Below are positions 18,751 to 28,370 of a stretch of DNA of 64,000 nucleotides, one piece after another. The DNA lies in NCBI GenBank assembly GCA_035262305.1, contig DATFTC010000425.1:1-64000 (forward strand), read 5' to 3'. This DNA is from Myxococcaceae bacterium (GTDB lineage: Bacteria > Myxococcota > Myxococcia > Myxococcales > Myxococcaceae). Made by a program: the position numbers and the translations under genes. The notes under the pieces were generated by a model. It was not told where the DNA came from. It saw only the letters and a program-made list of their open reading frames with translations, and searched no databases. The first letter of the stretch is position 1; each line of letters opens with the position of its first letter.

Positions 18751-20023
18751 TGGCGGCAAGCTGCGAAAGCATCCACGCTGCGATCGCGACCAACTTGGCA
18801 TCGCCCCCAGCCTCGCCGACCAGTTGGATTCCGACGGGCAGCCCATGCTGCCCGCTGCCGACGGGCAGGTTGATGCAGGGCAGATGGAGCAACGTCCAGA
18901 TGCGGTTGAACGCGGGATCCCCGGTGGATTCGAGGCCCGCCGGCGCCTCTCCAATCGCGCTGGGAGTAATCAGCGCATCGTATTTCGTGAACACCGAGAT
19001 CATCCGTCTCCGGCATTCTTCAGCCTGCGCGATTGCCGCCGCGTAAGGTTCGGATGTGCACCGATCGCCCTCTGCAAAAAGATCATGAAGCTTCGGTCCA
19101 ACTTGCTTGGCGTGTTTTTCCCGCTCCGACTTGAAAGAAGTGCATGCCTCCACTGCCATGACGATCGCTTGGGAGCGGTGGAGCCCTTGAAATGGATCCC
19201 CAAGATCGACGTCGTCGACTGGTGCGCCGGCATCGCGCAAACGGTTCCTTGATTCGAGCAGGACGCGCTGCGAATCCGCACTGGCGTGGGGCCATTGCTC
19301 GGTGCGGCACAGTCCAATGCGAGGAGCGCTTCGAACAGGGGAAGCAGAAAGCGCGCCCCCGGTAATTGCTTCGGACAGCAACGAGACATCCGAGATGCTG
19401 CGGGCAAAGAATCCCAGCGTATCGAGCGACGGCGCGAACGGCTTGATTCCCGCCATTGGAAATCTGCCGAAGGTCGGCTTGTATCCGATCACGCCGCAGA
19501 AAGACGCGGGACGGATGATCGAGCCTGCGGTCTGCGTCCCCAGGGCTATCGGGACCATAAAATCTGCAACCGCCGCGGCCGAGCCACTGGACGAGCCGCC
19601 CGGCGTGTGCCCTGGATGGTGAGGATTGTGCGTTTTTCCAGGCGTGAAGTACGCGAGCTCCGTGGTTACGGTCTTGCCAAGAATCACCGCTCCCGATCGC
19701 CGTAGAGCTGCAACTGCTGCGGCGTCCTGGCGGGGTCGATTGCCCCGATAAATCGAGGAGCCGTACTCGGTCGGCATCTCCGCGGTGTCGACGATGTCCT
19801 TGATCCCGATGGGAAGGCCGCGCAGCGGCGCGCGGGGGTTCGCGTCGATTGCGCGAGCCTGCGTCAGCGCGAGCTCGGCGTCGATGAATTGCCACGCTTG
19901 AACCTCGGGCTCGCGAGCGGCGATGCGATCCAGGCACGCGCGCGTCAGCTCTTCGGCGCTGATCTGCCGACGGGCCAATAACTCGACCGCCTCGGTGGCA
20001 GCCAACTCATTCAGGCGCTTCAT
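18743..20023 (-). CDS. Amidase-signature family amidase.
   Basis: GLPIGIKD...GGSSSGSAAAVA...GTQTAGSIIRPASFCGVIGYKPTFGR amidase-signature core. Start assigned to MKRLNELAA at 20023. Confidence 0.7.
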   Translation of the reverse strand: MKRLNELAATEAVELLARRQISAEELTRACLDRIAAREPEVQAWQFIDAELALTQARAIDANPRAPLRGLPIGIKDIVDTAEMPTEYGSSIYRGNRPRQDAAAVAALRRSGAVILGKTVTTELAYFTPGKTHNPHHPGHTPGGSSSGSAAAVADFMVPIALGTQTAGSIIRPASFCGVIGYKPTFGRFPMAGIKPFAPSLDTLGFFARSISDVSLLSEAITGGALSASPVRSAPRIGLCRTEQWPHASADSQRVLLESRNRLRDAGAPVDDVDLGDPFQGLHRSQAIVMAVEACTSFKSEREKHAKQVGPKLHDLFAEGDRCTSEPYAAAIAQAEECRRRMISVFTKYDALITPSAIGEAPAGLESTGDPAFNRIWTLLHLPCINLPVGSGQHGLPVGIQLVGEAGGDAKLVAIAAWMLSQLAAIS

Positions 20024-20162
20024 GCTTTCCACCAGCGACGCGCGATCGAGACGTCTTTCCCACGATCGGCGTCGTCTATAGCAAAAGCAGAAGCCTCTGC
20101 CCAGACAACTCGCAGCGCGTTTTGCGCTCCATTTGGAAGCAAGTCCTCCGGCGGGATCGGCC

Positions 20163-20552
20163 TCAGCTGCGGAGGACGAGGTTCGACAATTCGACCAGGT
20201 TCTCATCCGGGTCGTAGAGGTAAATCGACCTCAGCTCACCTAGCGCGCCGGTGCGGGTTACCGGGCCGAGGATAATTGGAACATGGTGTCGACCAAGGTG
20301 TCTCATCCAATGCTCAAGCGGTTCATCGACGATGAAGCAGACGTCCGCCGAACCGGGCGTGGCGTGCCTGACGTTGGGATCGAGCACGCGATCTGCTGGG
20401 TGCAGATTGAGCTTTTGATCGCCGAAATGCAGAGCGGTCCGGCCCTCGCCAAAGGTGCGGGCCTGCATGCCGAGCACCTCAGTGTAGAAGGACACGGTTC
20501 GAGCAATGTCCCTGACCGTCAAAACGATATGGTCAAGCTGGATAACGCGCAT
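20163..20552 (-). CDS. VOC-family protein (glyoxalase / bleomycin-resistance / dioxygenase fold).
   Basis: IQLDHIVLTVRDIARTVSFYTEVLGM...YLYDPDENLVEL are VOC-type beta-alpha-beta-beta-beta motifs. 129 aa. Confidence 0.7.
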   Translation of the reverse strand: MRVIQLDHIVLTVRDIARTVSFYTEVLGMQARTFGEGRTALHFGDQKLNLHPADRVLDPNVRHATPGSADVCFIVDEPLEHWMRHLGRHHVPIILGPVTRTGALGELRSIYLYDPDENLVELSNLVLRS

Positions 20553-20578
20553 CGCGGCCTCCTTAAAACTTCGCCACC

Positions 20579-21997
20579 ATGGTCCTACGCTCGTGTACGG
20601 TCAAGACGTCGCTGGAAATCGAGTTGAGTTCGCTTAGATGGCGAAGTACGCTTCATCTCAAGAGCTTGGGCAAAGGAGCCTTTGTCGGCGGATTGTTTCT
20701 CTTCGCTTCCGCGGCAATTGCGCAGCACGGACATCCCGAAACACCGCCGCGGGCGGATGAGGAAACATCTGTGCACGGGCACGAGCACCATCACTCGGCT
20801 GCGATGGTGATGAGCGAGGATCCGCTCCAGCTTGGGATGAGCCGAGAGGGCTCGGGGACTGCCTGGCAACCGGATTCAACGCCGGTGCACGGCCATCATT
20901 TCATGATCGGCGACTGGATGCTGATGCTGCATTACAACATCATCGCCGGCTACGATGCCCAAACCAGCTCGAGAGGCGACCACCAATTCATGAGCGTGAA
21001 CTGGGTCATGCTCATGGCGCAACACTCGCTGCTAGATGGCCAATTTACGGCGCGCGCGATGCTCAGCGCGGAGCCGTTCACGACGGGTGGCAAATCCGGC
21101 TATCCGCTCCTGTTGCAGACGGGCGAAGCAGTGGACGGGATGCCGCTCCACGATCGGCAGCATCCGCACGACCTGTTCATGGAAACAGCGGTTAAATACA
21201 ATCACGCTCTGGCAGACGGGATTGCCTATGAAATCTACTTGGCTTTCTCCGGGGAGCCGGCGCTCGGACCAGTGGCGTTTCCGCACCGGGAATCGTCCTC
21301 GGCGAATCCCTTCGCGGTGCTAGGCCATCACTGGCAAGACTCCACCCATATTTCGTTTGGCGTAGTAACCGCCGCTGTATACACGCGCCAATTCAAGCTC
21401 GAGGGGTCCTGGTTCAACGGGCGCGAGCCCGATGAGAATCGATACGATTTTGATTTCAGAGCGCTGGACTCCTTCTCGACGCGTCTGTCCTTTAACCCGA
21501 ATTCCGATCTCAGCTTCCAGGTGTCGTACGGGTTTCTGAAGAGCCCTGAGCAGCTCGACCCGGACCGCAGCGTGCACCGAGTGACGGCATCGGCCACGCA
21601 CAATTGGCCACTGGGGGAGGGGAATTGGGCAACCACCGCAGTTTTTGGCCTCGATGCCCCATCTCTCGGTCCCACCACGACGGCGACCACGTTGGAGTCA
21701 AATTTCGAGCTTTCGCACAACACGGTCTTCGGCAGGGCCGAATTTGTGCAGCGAAGCGGCGACGATTTAGCGCTTCCGCAACAGTACGCGGATTCGGTGT
21801 TTGACGCCTTCGTGCTCGAGCTCGGATACGTGCGCGATGTGCCCATCGGGCCAGTCTTGCTGGGCTTCGGAATCGTCGGTAGCGCAAATTTCCTAAGTGG
21901 GGGCGTTCAGCCGTACTACGGCAGCAACATCCCGCTCGGCGGCATGGCGTTCATTCGCCTTCGACCTGAAAGTTCGAACGAGGGGCATCATCACTGA
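20579..21997 (+). CDS. His-rich secreted protein, possibly outer-membrane and metal-binding. Start uncertain (ATG 20579 or an internal TTG).
   Basis: Signal-like GKGAFVGGLFLFASAAIAQHG, followed by HGHPETPP...VHGHEHHHS and a C-terminal ...EGHHH. It lies immediately upstream of a second OMP and a Zn/Mn ABC uptake system. Confidence 0.45.
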   Translation: MVLRSCTVKTSLEIELSSLRWRSTLHLKSLGKGAFVGGLFLFASAAIAQHGHPETPPRADEETSVHGHEHHHSAAMVMSEDPLQLGMSREGSGTAWQPDSTPVHGHHFMIGDWMLMLHYNIIAGYDAQTSSRGDHQFMSVNWVMLMAQHSLLDGQFTARAMLSAEPFTTGGKSGYPLLLQTGEAVDGMPLHDRQHPHDLFMETAVKYNHALADGIAYEIYLAFSGEPALGPVAFPHRESSSANPFAVLGHHWQDSTHISFGVVTAAVYTRQFKLEGSWFNGREPDENRYDFDFRALDSFSTRLSFNPNSDLSFQVSYGFLKSPEQLDPDRSVHRVTASATHNWPLGEGNWATTAVFGLDAPSLGPTTTATTLESNFELSHNTVFGRAEFVQRSGDDLALPQQYADSVFDAFVLELGYVRDVPIGPVLLGFGIVGSANFLSGGVQPYYGSNIPLGGMAFIRLRPESSNEGHHH

Positions 21998-22714
21998 GGA
22001 TCGAAGCGGTTTTCACATCGCTGCGTTGGATTAAAGACTGACTCTGAATTTCGGTGGATTCTTGACGTCAGTGGCCCATCGAGGTTAAGCCGGACACAAC
22101 TTCATGGGGCGGAGACCGATCCCAAGCTCATGCACGCGACGGCGGCGTCATCGATTGCCTTGGCCCCAGGCATTCGCGGCTTCCACACTCGTGCTTGGAC
22201 AGCTTGCTGGCACGCTCCACTTCGCGCTGGTCCAACACATCGTTTGCGTTGAGCACGGTGAGATTGCTCACGTCCAGGGCGCCGAGGCATTCAGCGCTCG
22301 AGCTGATACCACCCAGAGGGCAGCCAGCGCCCTGGTCAATACTGGATTGTCCAAATCGGCAGTATGCGGAAGTGGCGAGGATCACCCGCACTGCCTTGTT
22401 CAAGCGCTTCGTAGAGATTCAGCAACGCGTGCGCGAGTGCCGATTTCGGTGGTCACGGACCTACCGAGCGACGGCGCTCACTCAGTGCCAGGCTTAGGGC
22501 ACGCTGAAAACTTGGTGCTGTTCAGGCTTGCGCCGAAACACTCCCCTCCCATTTAAGAATCTCTGCCCGGAACTGACTCCGAGGCCAGTTAGGGGGCTAG
22601 TGTGCGCGCGCTTCGAAGGAAACGGCTCGAAGCGTCCTTTCGTATGGCAGTCCTTACGTCAACAGGCACGGCCTGCGTGCCCGCGTAGGCTCCGAGCTCG
22701 ATTTGGAGATTTGA

Positions 22715-24172
22715 ATGCACCTTCAGTCGAAGATTCTCGCTTTGGTGAGCGTCGCATGTTGGCATGTCGCCGTGTTCGCACAACCAATGCCCGCGAACGG
22801 GGGCGGAGCAGGTCAAGATCGCGGGGTCGCGGCGCGCACTGGCGCGGGCGTCGCGACTGCGGATGCTGGCATGCCCGTACCAACGCTCACTGATCAGCTG
22901 GATGCGGCAGCGCGAAGGCCGATAGCGAGCGCGGCTTCAGCTCCGGACGGCGGCACCCTCGAGCCATCGCTCTCCGACCAGCTTGATGCTGCAGCTGGAA
23001 AACCGGTGCCGGCGACGGGCGCTCCGCCGCCCGCTGCTGCTGCAGCTGAGGGTGGCTCCCGATTTTTTCAAAGCCTCAACCCCGATATCTCCGTGATCCT
23101 TACCGGTGCGGCCGGATACGGCCAACGCGCGCCGCTGTTCTTGGCGGGAGACGATCCCGATCTCAAGGGCGGTACCTCGGATCATTCGGCGGGAATAACG
23201 CTGCAGGAATTGGAGGTCGCTTTCCAGTCCATCGTCGACCCGTATTTCCGCGCGGACGTGTTCCTCACCATTCCCAACATGTCGGGCTTGGAAATCGAAG
23301 AGGCGTTTCTCACCACCACGAGCCTGCCGGCGATCCAGGTCAAGGCTGGAATATTCCGTTCCGGATTCGGTCGAGAGAATGGCATGCATCTTCACGTTCA
23401 GGACTTTGTCCAGCGGCCGCTGATCAACTCCTACCTGGGTCCGGACGGACTTCGACCTCCGGGTGCGCAGGTTTCGTGGTTATTGCCACTTCCGTTTTTC
23501 GTGCAGCTGACCGGGGAGGTTTTCAGCGTCGCCGCTCCGGATATGCTGGCGAACTTCGCGTCGCCTGAGCCGGTGTCGACGTTTGGAGGGGGGCGACGAA
23601 CTGATCTCACCTACGCCGGAGAGCTGAAGTTCTTCGTTCCCACCTCCGAGAGCCTCTCAGTTTTTGGCGGCCTGAACGTGGCGACCGGGGTGACACCAGG
23701 CTTCGCTGAAGGGGACACGACGCTCTACCAAGGTGCGCGGAGCATGCTGTACGGGGCAGACCTCTACGTCAAATACAAGCCGCCAAACCAGGCCGTTACC
23801 TATATCAGCCTCGCCTGGACATCCGAGTACTTCCTGCGAACGATTGGCGCCACGGGTGGCAATGCCGGCCTGACCGATGGAGGGTTCTACACGCAGCTCG
23901 TGCTTCAAATCGCACGTCGCTGGTTTGTCGGGCTGCGGCAGGATCTGCTCGGCTGGCCCTCCTCCGAGGTGCAGCCACTTAATTCCCGCACTACGTTGAA
24001 CTTGACATTTTATCCGAGTGAGTTTTCGAAGCTGCGCGGTTCAGTGCAATACGACGCACTCGACTCACAGGCCAGCCGCGTCCAACAGATTGCTCCCTCA
24101 CCGGTCAACAGTTTTGCAGCTTACCTCCAATTTGAGGTTGCCATTGGCGCCCATGGGGCCCACAAGTTTTGA
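22715..24172 (+). CDS. Outer-membrane protein (putative porin / beta-barrel) with an N-terminal low-complexity repeat.
   Basis: Signal peptide MHLQSKILALVSVACWHVAVFAQ with GGAGA RBS. C-terminus ...AYLQFEVAIGAHGAHKF ends in Phe. The stop lies 9 nt before the following SBP gene. Confidence 0.5.
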   Translation: MHLQSKILALVSVACWHVAVFAQPMPANGGGAGQDRGVAARTGAGVATADAGMPVPTLTDQLDAAARRPIASAASAPDGGTLEPSLSDQLDAAAGKPVPATGAPPPAAAAAEGGSRFFQSLNPDISVILTGAAGYGQRAPLFLAGDDPDLKGGTSDHSAGITLQELEVAFQSIVDPYFRADVFLTIPNMSGLEIEEAFLTTTSLPAIQVKAGIFRSGFGRENGMHLHVQDFVQRPLINSYLGPDGLRPPGAQVSWLLPLPFFVQLTGEVFSVAAPDMLANFASPEPVSTFGGGRRTDLTYAGELKFFVPTSESLSVFGGLNVATGVTPGFAEGDTTLYQGARSMLYGADLYVKYKPPNQAVTYISLAWTSEYFLRTIGATGGNAGLTDGGFYTQLVLQIARRWFVGLRQDLLGWPSSEVQPLNSRTTLNLTFYPSEFSKLRGSVQYDALDSQASRVQQIAPSPVNSFAAYLQFEVAIGAHGAHKF

Positions 24173-24181
24173 GGAATGATT

Positions 24182-25093
24182 ATGAAACGGATTTTAATTC
24201 TGTTTGCGATAGCAGCGGGACTCGTCCCGCAATGGGCCTCTGCCAGCGAGCCTCTCAAAGTAGTCACCACCATCGAGACGCTGGCGGATCTGGCTCGGCG
24301 AGTGGGTGGAGAGAAAGTCTCGGTCGAATCTCTGTCGCACGGTTACCAAGATCCTCACTACGTCGAGGCAAAGCCGAATCTGACGATTTCGCTGCACCGG
24401 GCCGACCTGTTGATCCGCGTCGGTCTCGACTTGGAAATCGGTTGGTTGCCCATTTTGGTGACGGAATCGAGGAACGACCGAATCCAGCCGGGGCAGCTCG
24501 GGGACCTCGATACATCCACGCTGGTGGAGGTACTCGACATTCCGACCACTCAGCTGACCCGTGCGATGGGGGACATCCATCCGAAAGGCAATCCACACTT
24601 CTGGATTCCTCCCGTCAATGCCGTCCGAATTGCGAAAGGGATTGCCGAGCGTCTCAAACAACTTCGGCCAGAAGCCAAAGACTACTTCGAGGCTCAGTTC
24701 GCGAAGTTTCTCTCGGACATCAAAGGCAGAGCGCGGGAGTGGGAGGCCAAGGCCAAACCACTGGCTGGAATGAAAGTTGTGACTTATCACAAAAGCTGGA
24801 CCTATGTATCAAAGTGGCTCAAGCTGGAAGAGGTCAGTTACGTCGAGATAAAACCTGGGATTCCACCTTCTCCAGATCATTTGCTACGGCTCGTTGCGCT
24901 GATAAAGGCCGAAAAAGTTTCGGCTCTGTTAATGGAGGACTACTACAACAAAGCCATTGCCCAGGAGGTTGCGGGGCAAACTGGTGCCAAGCTGGTGCCG
25001 ATGCCGTCCGATGTCGGTGCCAGGCCCGGTGTTAAAACATACTTTGACCTGGTCGATGCGATACTTCGAAACCTCGATGGGGTGATTCGCTAG
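24182..25093 (+). CDS. Metal (Zn/Mn) ABC transporter substrate-binding protein, ZnuA/TroA (cluster A-I) family.
   Basis: MKRILILFAIAAG...LKVVTTIETLADLARRVGGEKVSVESLSHGYQDPHYVEAKP is typical of ZnuA/TroA N-termini. GAGGAA RBS. Confidence 0.7.
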   Translation: MKRILILFAIAAGLVPQWASASEPLKVVTTIETLADLARRVGGEKVSVESLSHGYQDPHYVEAKPNLTISLHRADLLIRVGLDLEIGWLPILVTESRNDRIQPGQLGDLDTSTLVEVLDIPTTQLTRAMGDIHPKGNPHFWIPPVNAVRIAKGIAERLKQLRPEAKDYFEAQFAKFLSDIKGRAREWEAKAKPLAGMKVVTYHKSWTYVSKWLKLEEVSYVEIKPGIPPSPDHLLRLVALIKAEKVSALLMEDYYNKAIAQEVAGQTGAKLVPMPSDVGARPGVKTYFDLVDAILRNLDGVIR

Positions 25094-25956
25094 GAGCGGC
25101 GCAGAAGGCGATACACGGCCGCCAGCGGCCAATAGATGGCAGCGCAGGCCACCATCAGCGGTCCCGTTGGCCAGGACTCCACGAAGGACAGATAGAAGCC
25201 GCCTCCCGCGGCAAGCATTGCACCGCCGATTGACAGCGCAAGCACGCCGCGCACGGAATCCGAGGCGAGCAATGCGGCGCCAGCGGGTAGCACGAGAAAT
25301 CCAAACACCGGCAGGGCGCCGATGGCGCGAGTCGCGACGGCCACCGAAATCCCGATGGATACGTGAAGCAGAAGGTCAAGCTTCGTCACCGGTAGGCCCA
25401 CCGCTTGAGCCATTTCCCGATCGAAGGAGACGAAAAGGAAGTCTTTGAAGAGAAACGCGTGTGAGCAGAACACTGCGAGTGCGACGGCAGCCAGCTCGAC
25501 GAAGTGCTCGCGCCGAATCGCCACCGCGTTCCCGAACAAAAGGTCGCCCACTTCGTGGGCCTCTTGGACAATCCTCGGGCTCGCCAGGATGAGGATCGCG
25601 ACTGCGGTGGCAGCGAGGTAGGCAAAGGCAACGAGGCTTTCCGGCGACGTTCGCTCGACCCTCGAGACGTACCCCAGAACGGCGGCCACGATTCCTGCCA
25701 GGACGAGGGCGAGCACGACCGGGTCTAGATAGATCGGCGTGGGAGCGTGGGGATCCATGCCGAAGTAGCTGCCGATGAAGAAGCCGAAGGCAACTCCCAA
25801 TCCGGAGATTTGTCCCAGCGCGGCCGATACGAACGCGAGCCGCCGGAGGACGACGAAAAATCCGAGGTAGCCACACAGCGCTGCAGCGACTAGCGCGGCA
25901 ACGATGGCATTGCCGAACAGCGCCCAAAAGTCGGAGACGCTGATGGAGTCGCTCAC
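25090..25956 (-). CDS. Metal ABC transporter permease (ZnuB-like).
   Basis: Polytopic membrane protein of 288 aa, adjacent to and overlapping the ATPase gene. Hydrophobic profile matches ZnuB/TroD family permeases. Confidence 0.6.
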   Translation of the reverse strand: MSDSISVSDFWALFGNAIVAALVAAALCGYLGFFVVLRRLAFVSAALGQISGLGVAFGFFIGSYFGMDPHAPTPIYLDPVVLALVLAGIVAAVLGYVSRVERTSPESLVAFAYLAATAVAILILASPRIVQEAHEVGDLLFGNAVAIRREHFVELAAVALAVFCSHAFLFKDFLFVSFDREMAQAVGLPVTKLDLLLHVSIGISVAVATRAIGALPVFGFLVLPAGAALLASDSVRGVLALSIGGAMLAAGGGFYLSFVESWPTGPLMVACAAIYWPLAAVYRLLRRS

Positions 25957-26714
25957 GTCGGTCGCCCCGACTCGACGAAGACGACTGTACGGTCACCGCG
26001 GTGCTCCAGCGAAACTCTTTGACCGTAAAGTCGCGAGAGCGCCTCCGCCGTCAACAGCTGTTCGCTTCTCCCGGCAGCAAACACTCCGCGCCTGGCGTCC
26101 ATCATCACCACCTCGGTGGAGTAGATCGCCGCGGAGGAGATCTCGTGGGTGACGAAAATCACCGACACCTTCTCCCGGTCCGCAAGTTGGGCCACTTCGG
26201 CAAGCAGCGCTGCCGAGGCTACGGGGTCCAAGTCTGCAGTGAACTCGTCGAGCACGAGCAGCTCCGGCTCGCCGCAGAGGGCGCGGGCAAGAAGGATCCT
26301 CTGCCGTTGTCCGCCTGAAAGGGAGCGGAATAGCACGCTGGCCGTCTCTGGCATCCCCACCTTCTCGAGTTGCTCGAACGCGGCCCGTCGGTCTCGAGCT
26401 TTGGGGAATCGCCCCAGTCCGATCAGACCGTAGCGGCCCTGCAGCACCACTTGCAGCGACGTGAGCGGGTACACTGAGTCCACTCGGTGCGTTTGTGGCA
26501 CGTAGCCGACGCGCGGAATTCGCCCCGTCGGAAACACTCGCTGTCCTGAGAGCAGTGGAAGGAGGCCGATCAAGCTCTTGAGCAGCGTGCTCTTCCCGCC
26601 CCCGTTCGGGCCCAGGACGGCCAGCCGCTCGCCGCTTCGGACAGAAAGGTCAAACGGCGGCAGCAGCGGCCTCTTGTAGCCGATCTCCGCCTTCTCCAAC
26701 CTGATGAGTTCCAA
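25953..26714 (-). CDS. Metal ABC transporter ATP-binding protein (ZnuC-like).
   Basis: Walker A GPNGGGKST, ABC signature LSGGQRQR, Walker B LLVLDEFTADLD. Overlaps the permease gene by 4 nt. Confidence 0.75.
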   Translation of the reverse strand: MELIRLEKAEIGYKRPLLPPFDLSVRSGERLAVLGPNGGGKSTLLKSLIGLLPLLSGQRVFPTGRIPRVGYVPQTHRVDSVYPLTSLQVVLQGRYGLIGLGRFPKARDRRAAFEQLEKVGMPETASVLFRSLSGGQRQRILLARALCGEPELLVLDEFTADLDPVASAALLAEVAQLADREKVSVIFVTHEISSAAIYSTEVVMMDARRGVFAAGRSEQLLTAEALSRLYGQRVSLEHRGDRTVVFVESGRPT

Positions 26715-27143
26715 GGCACGCGACCATCCGATGGAGTGGCAGGTGCGTCAAGCAAATCGGACTCTGAACGAGGAGATCCGCCTCGCCGTGGCGCGTGCGC
26801 GCGCGACTGCAGTCAGCGTTCCCCGCCGCGTGAAGCAAGACCGAGGACCGAAGGCGTGCGGCAATCTTCAGGCGAGGTGCGCCGTGCCACGGCAGGCGCT
26901 CCGGACCACAGGCGCAACTCCGGAGCGTAAGCGCCCCGACTGTCATCGCTGCACTTCGCTCAAATGTTCACTATGCGAGGGAGCGCGCTCGCTGAAATGC
27001 AACGAACGATGCCAGCGGGTGTCGCGAGTCGTCGAGCTGAGTGTTCAATTGGCGCCGCATGCGAAAGAGCAAGATTGCCGTCGCGCGAGGCGTTTGATTG
27101 GAGGGGCTGGCTGTACAAAAACTTCAACAGGATTGGGGTTCCC

Positions 27144-27674
27144 ATGAAAATTCGATCGATGCAGTTCGCGCTCCCTGTAGTTCTGGTCACGGCCGTAGTG
27201 GCTACGTCTGACGCAAACGAGCACCACCGGGGGTTTACTGCCTCCGCTCAGTTAAGCAGCTTCAACGAAGTTCCTGTCATCGTCACCGGAGCGCACGGTT
27301 CGCTTAGACTGACGCTCAGCGATGACGAGACCACCCTGTCATTCGAATTCAGCTGGGCGGGCTTGTCTGGTAATCCAGCCGCTGCGCACATTCACGTCGG
27401 CCAAGTTGGAGTCAATGGCGGCGTGACCATCTTCTTCTGCGGCGGCGGGGGACAACCCGATTGTCCTCAGTCGACGTCAGGCATGGTCACTGGGACTGCA
27501 ACTGCAGCCAATGTGCAGGCCGTTCCCGCGCAGGGAGTGGAGGCGGGCAATCTGAATCAGGTCCTCGATGCAATGCGAAGGGGCTTAACGTATGCGAATA
27601 TCCATACGCCGCCGCAGTTTGGAGGGGGCGAGGCTCGAGGACAGATACACGTGCGCGGCAGGGGGGACGACTGA
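27144..27674 (+). CDS. Secreted CHRD-domain protein.
   Basis: Signal peptide MKIRSMQFALPVVLVTAVVATS. ...AAHIHVGQVGVNGGV... and ...YANIHTPPQFGGGEARGQIH are CHRD-like motifs. Confidence 0.5.
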   Translation: MKIRSMQFALPVVLVTAVVATSDANEHHRGFTASAQLSSFNEVPVIVTGAHGSLRLTLSDDETTLSFEFSWAGLSGNPAAAHIHVGQVGVNGGVTIFFCGGGGQPDCPQSTSGMVTGTATAANVQAVPAQGVEAGNLNQVLDAMRRGLTYANIHTPPQFGGGEARGQIHVRGRGDD

Positions 27675-27711
27675 GGTTGTTGAACGAGTAGCGCTCCACC
27701 ATCCTCCCCAC

Positions 27712-28281
27712 TCAAGCACGCAGGAGGGTCAGGATCGCAAAGACGCAGAAGAGCAATCCCGCAGCGCGCCGAAGCAGGCGCGTCGGAAGGCGTCGGCCGA
27801 CGGCTCGCCCGACGAGCGCAGCGATCGCCGCGCCCGCCCATAAGCCGAGTGTGGCGCCGATGAAAACCGAGAGCGGCGCCCGGAATCGCGCAACGAGCGC
27901 AGCACTTCCGATCTGAGTGGCGTCTCCCCATTCGGCGGCGAACACCAGCCCAAAGCTGCGGCCAAGAACGGAAACGAGAGAACGATCTGTTCTTTCGGCG
28001 CCATCTTCCGACTGCCCTTCGTTTTTAAAAAGAAGCAGCAGGCCGAAGACAAAGAAGACGGCGGCGGTTAGCCAACGGACCCACGCGTTTGGAAGTTGGC
28101 CGACGAGCGATCCAAGCCCGACAGCAATAACTCCCTGGACCACGAACGCCCCCATTGCTCCCAGGAGGACCGGCGTTGCCCGGTAGCGGGAGGCCAAGAC
28201 GAGCACCATGTACAACGTCTTGTCCCCCAGCTCGGCCAAGAAAATCAGCGCGAAGCTCGTGAACAGGGGCGTCAGGTGCAT
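27712..28281 (-). CDS. UPF0016 / GDT1 (TMEM165) family cation (Mn2+/Ca2+)/H+ transporter.
   Basis: Two copies of the E-x-G-D-(K/R)-(T/S) signature (ELGDKT and AEWGDAT) in a 189-aa 6-TM protein. Confidence 0.7.
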   Translation of the reverse strand: MHLTPLFTSFALIFLAELGDKTLYMVLVLASRYRATPVLLGAMGAFVVQGVIAVGLGSLVGQLPNAWVRWLTAAVFFVFGLLLLFKNEGQSEDGAERTDRSLVSVLGRSFGLVFAAEWGDATQIGSAALVARFRAPLSVFIGATLGLWAGAAIAALVGRAVGRRLPTRLLRRAAGLLFCVFAILTLLRA

Positions 28282-28370
28282 GGCGAGCGACTGTTGCTCG
28301 AAGAACTGACCGCCGTCCAGAGCGGATTGCCCTCATTGCAAACAAAATCGAGCGGCCGCCCTGAGAGGCA

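Noticed and set aside
22104-22556. 150-aa plus-strand ORF in the long intergenic region.
   Set aside because: Third-position GC bias is weak compared with neighbouring genes. It has no signal, motif or RBS. It is left as possibly non-coding.
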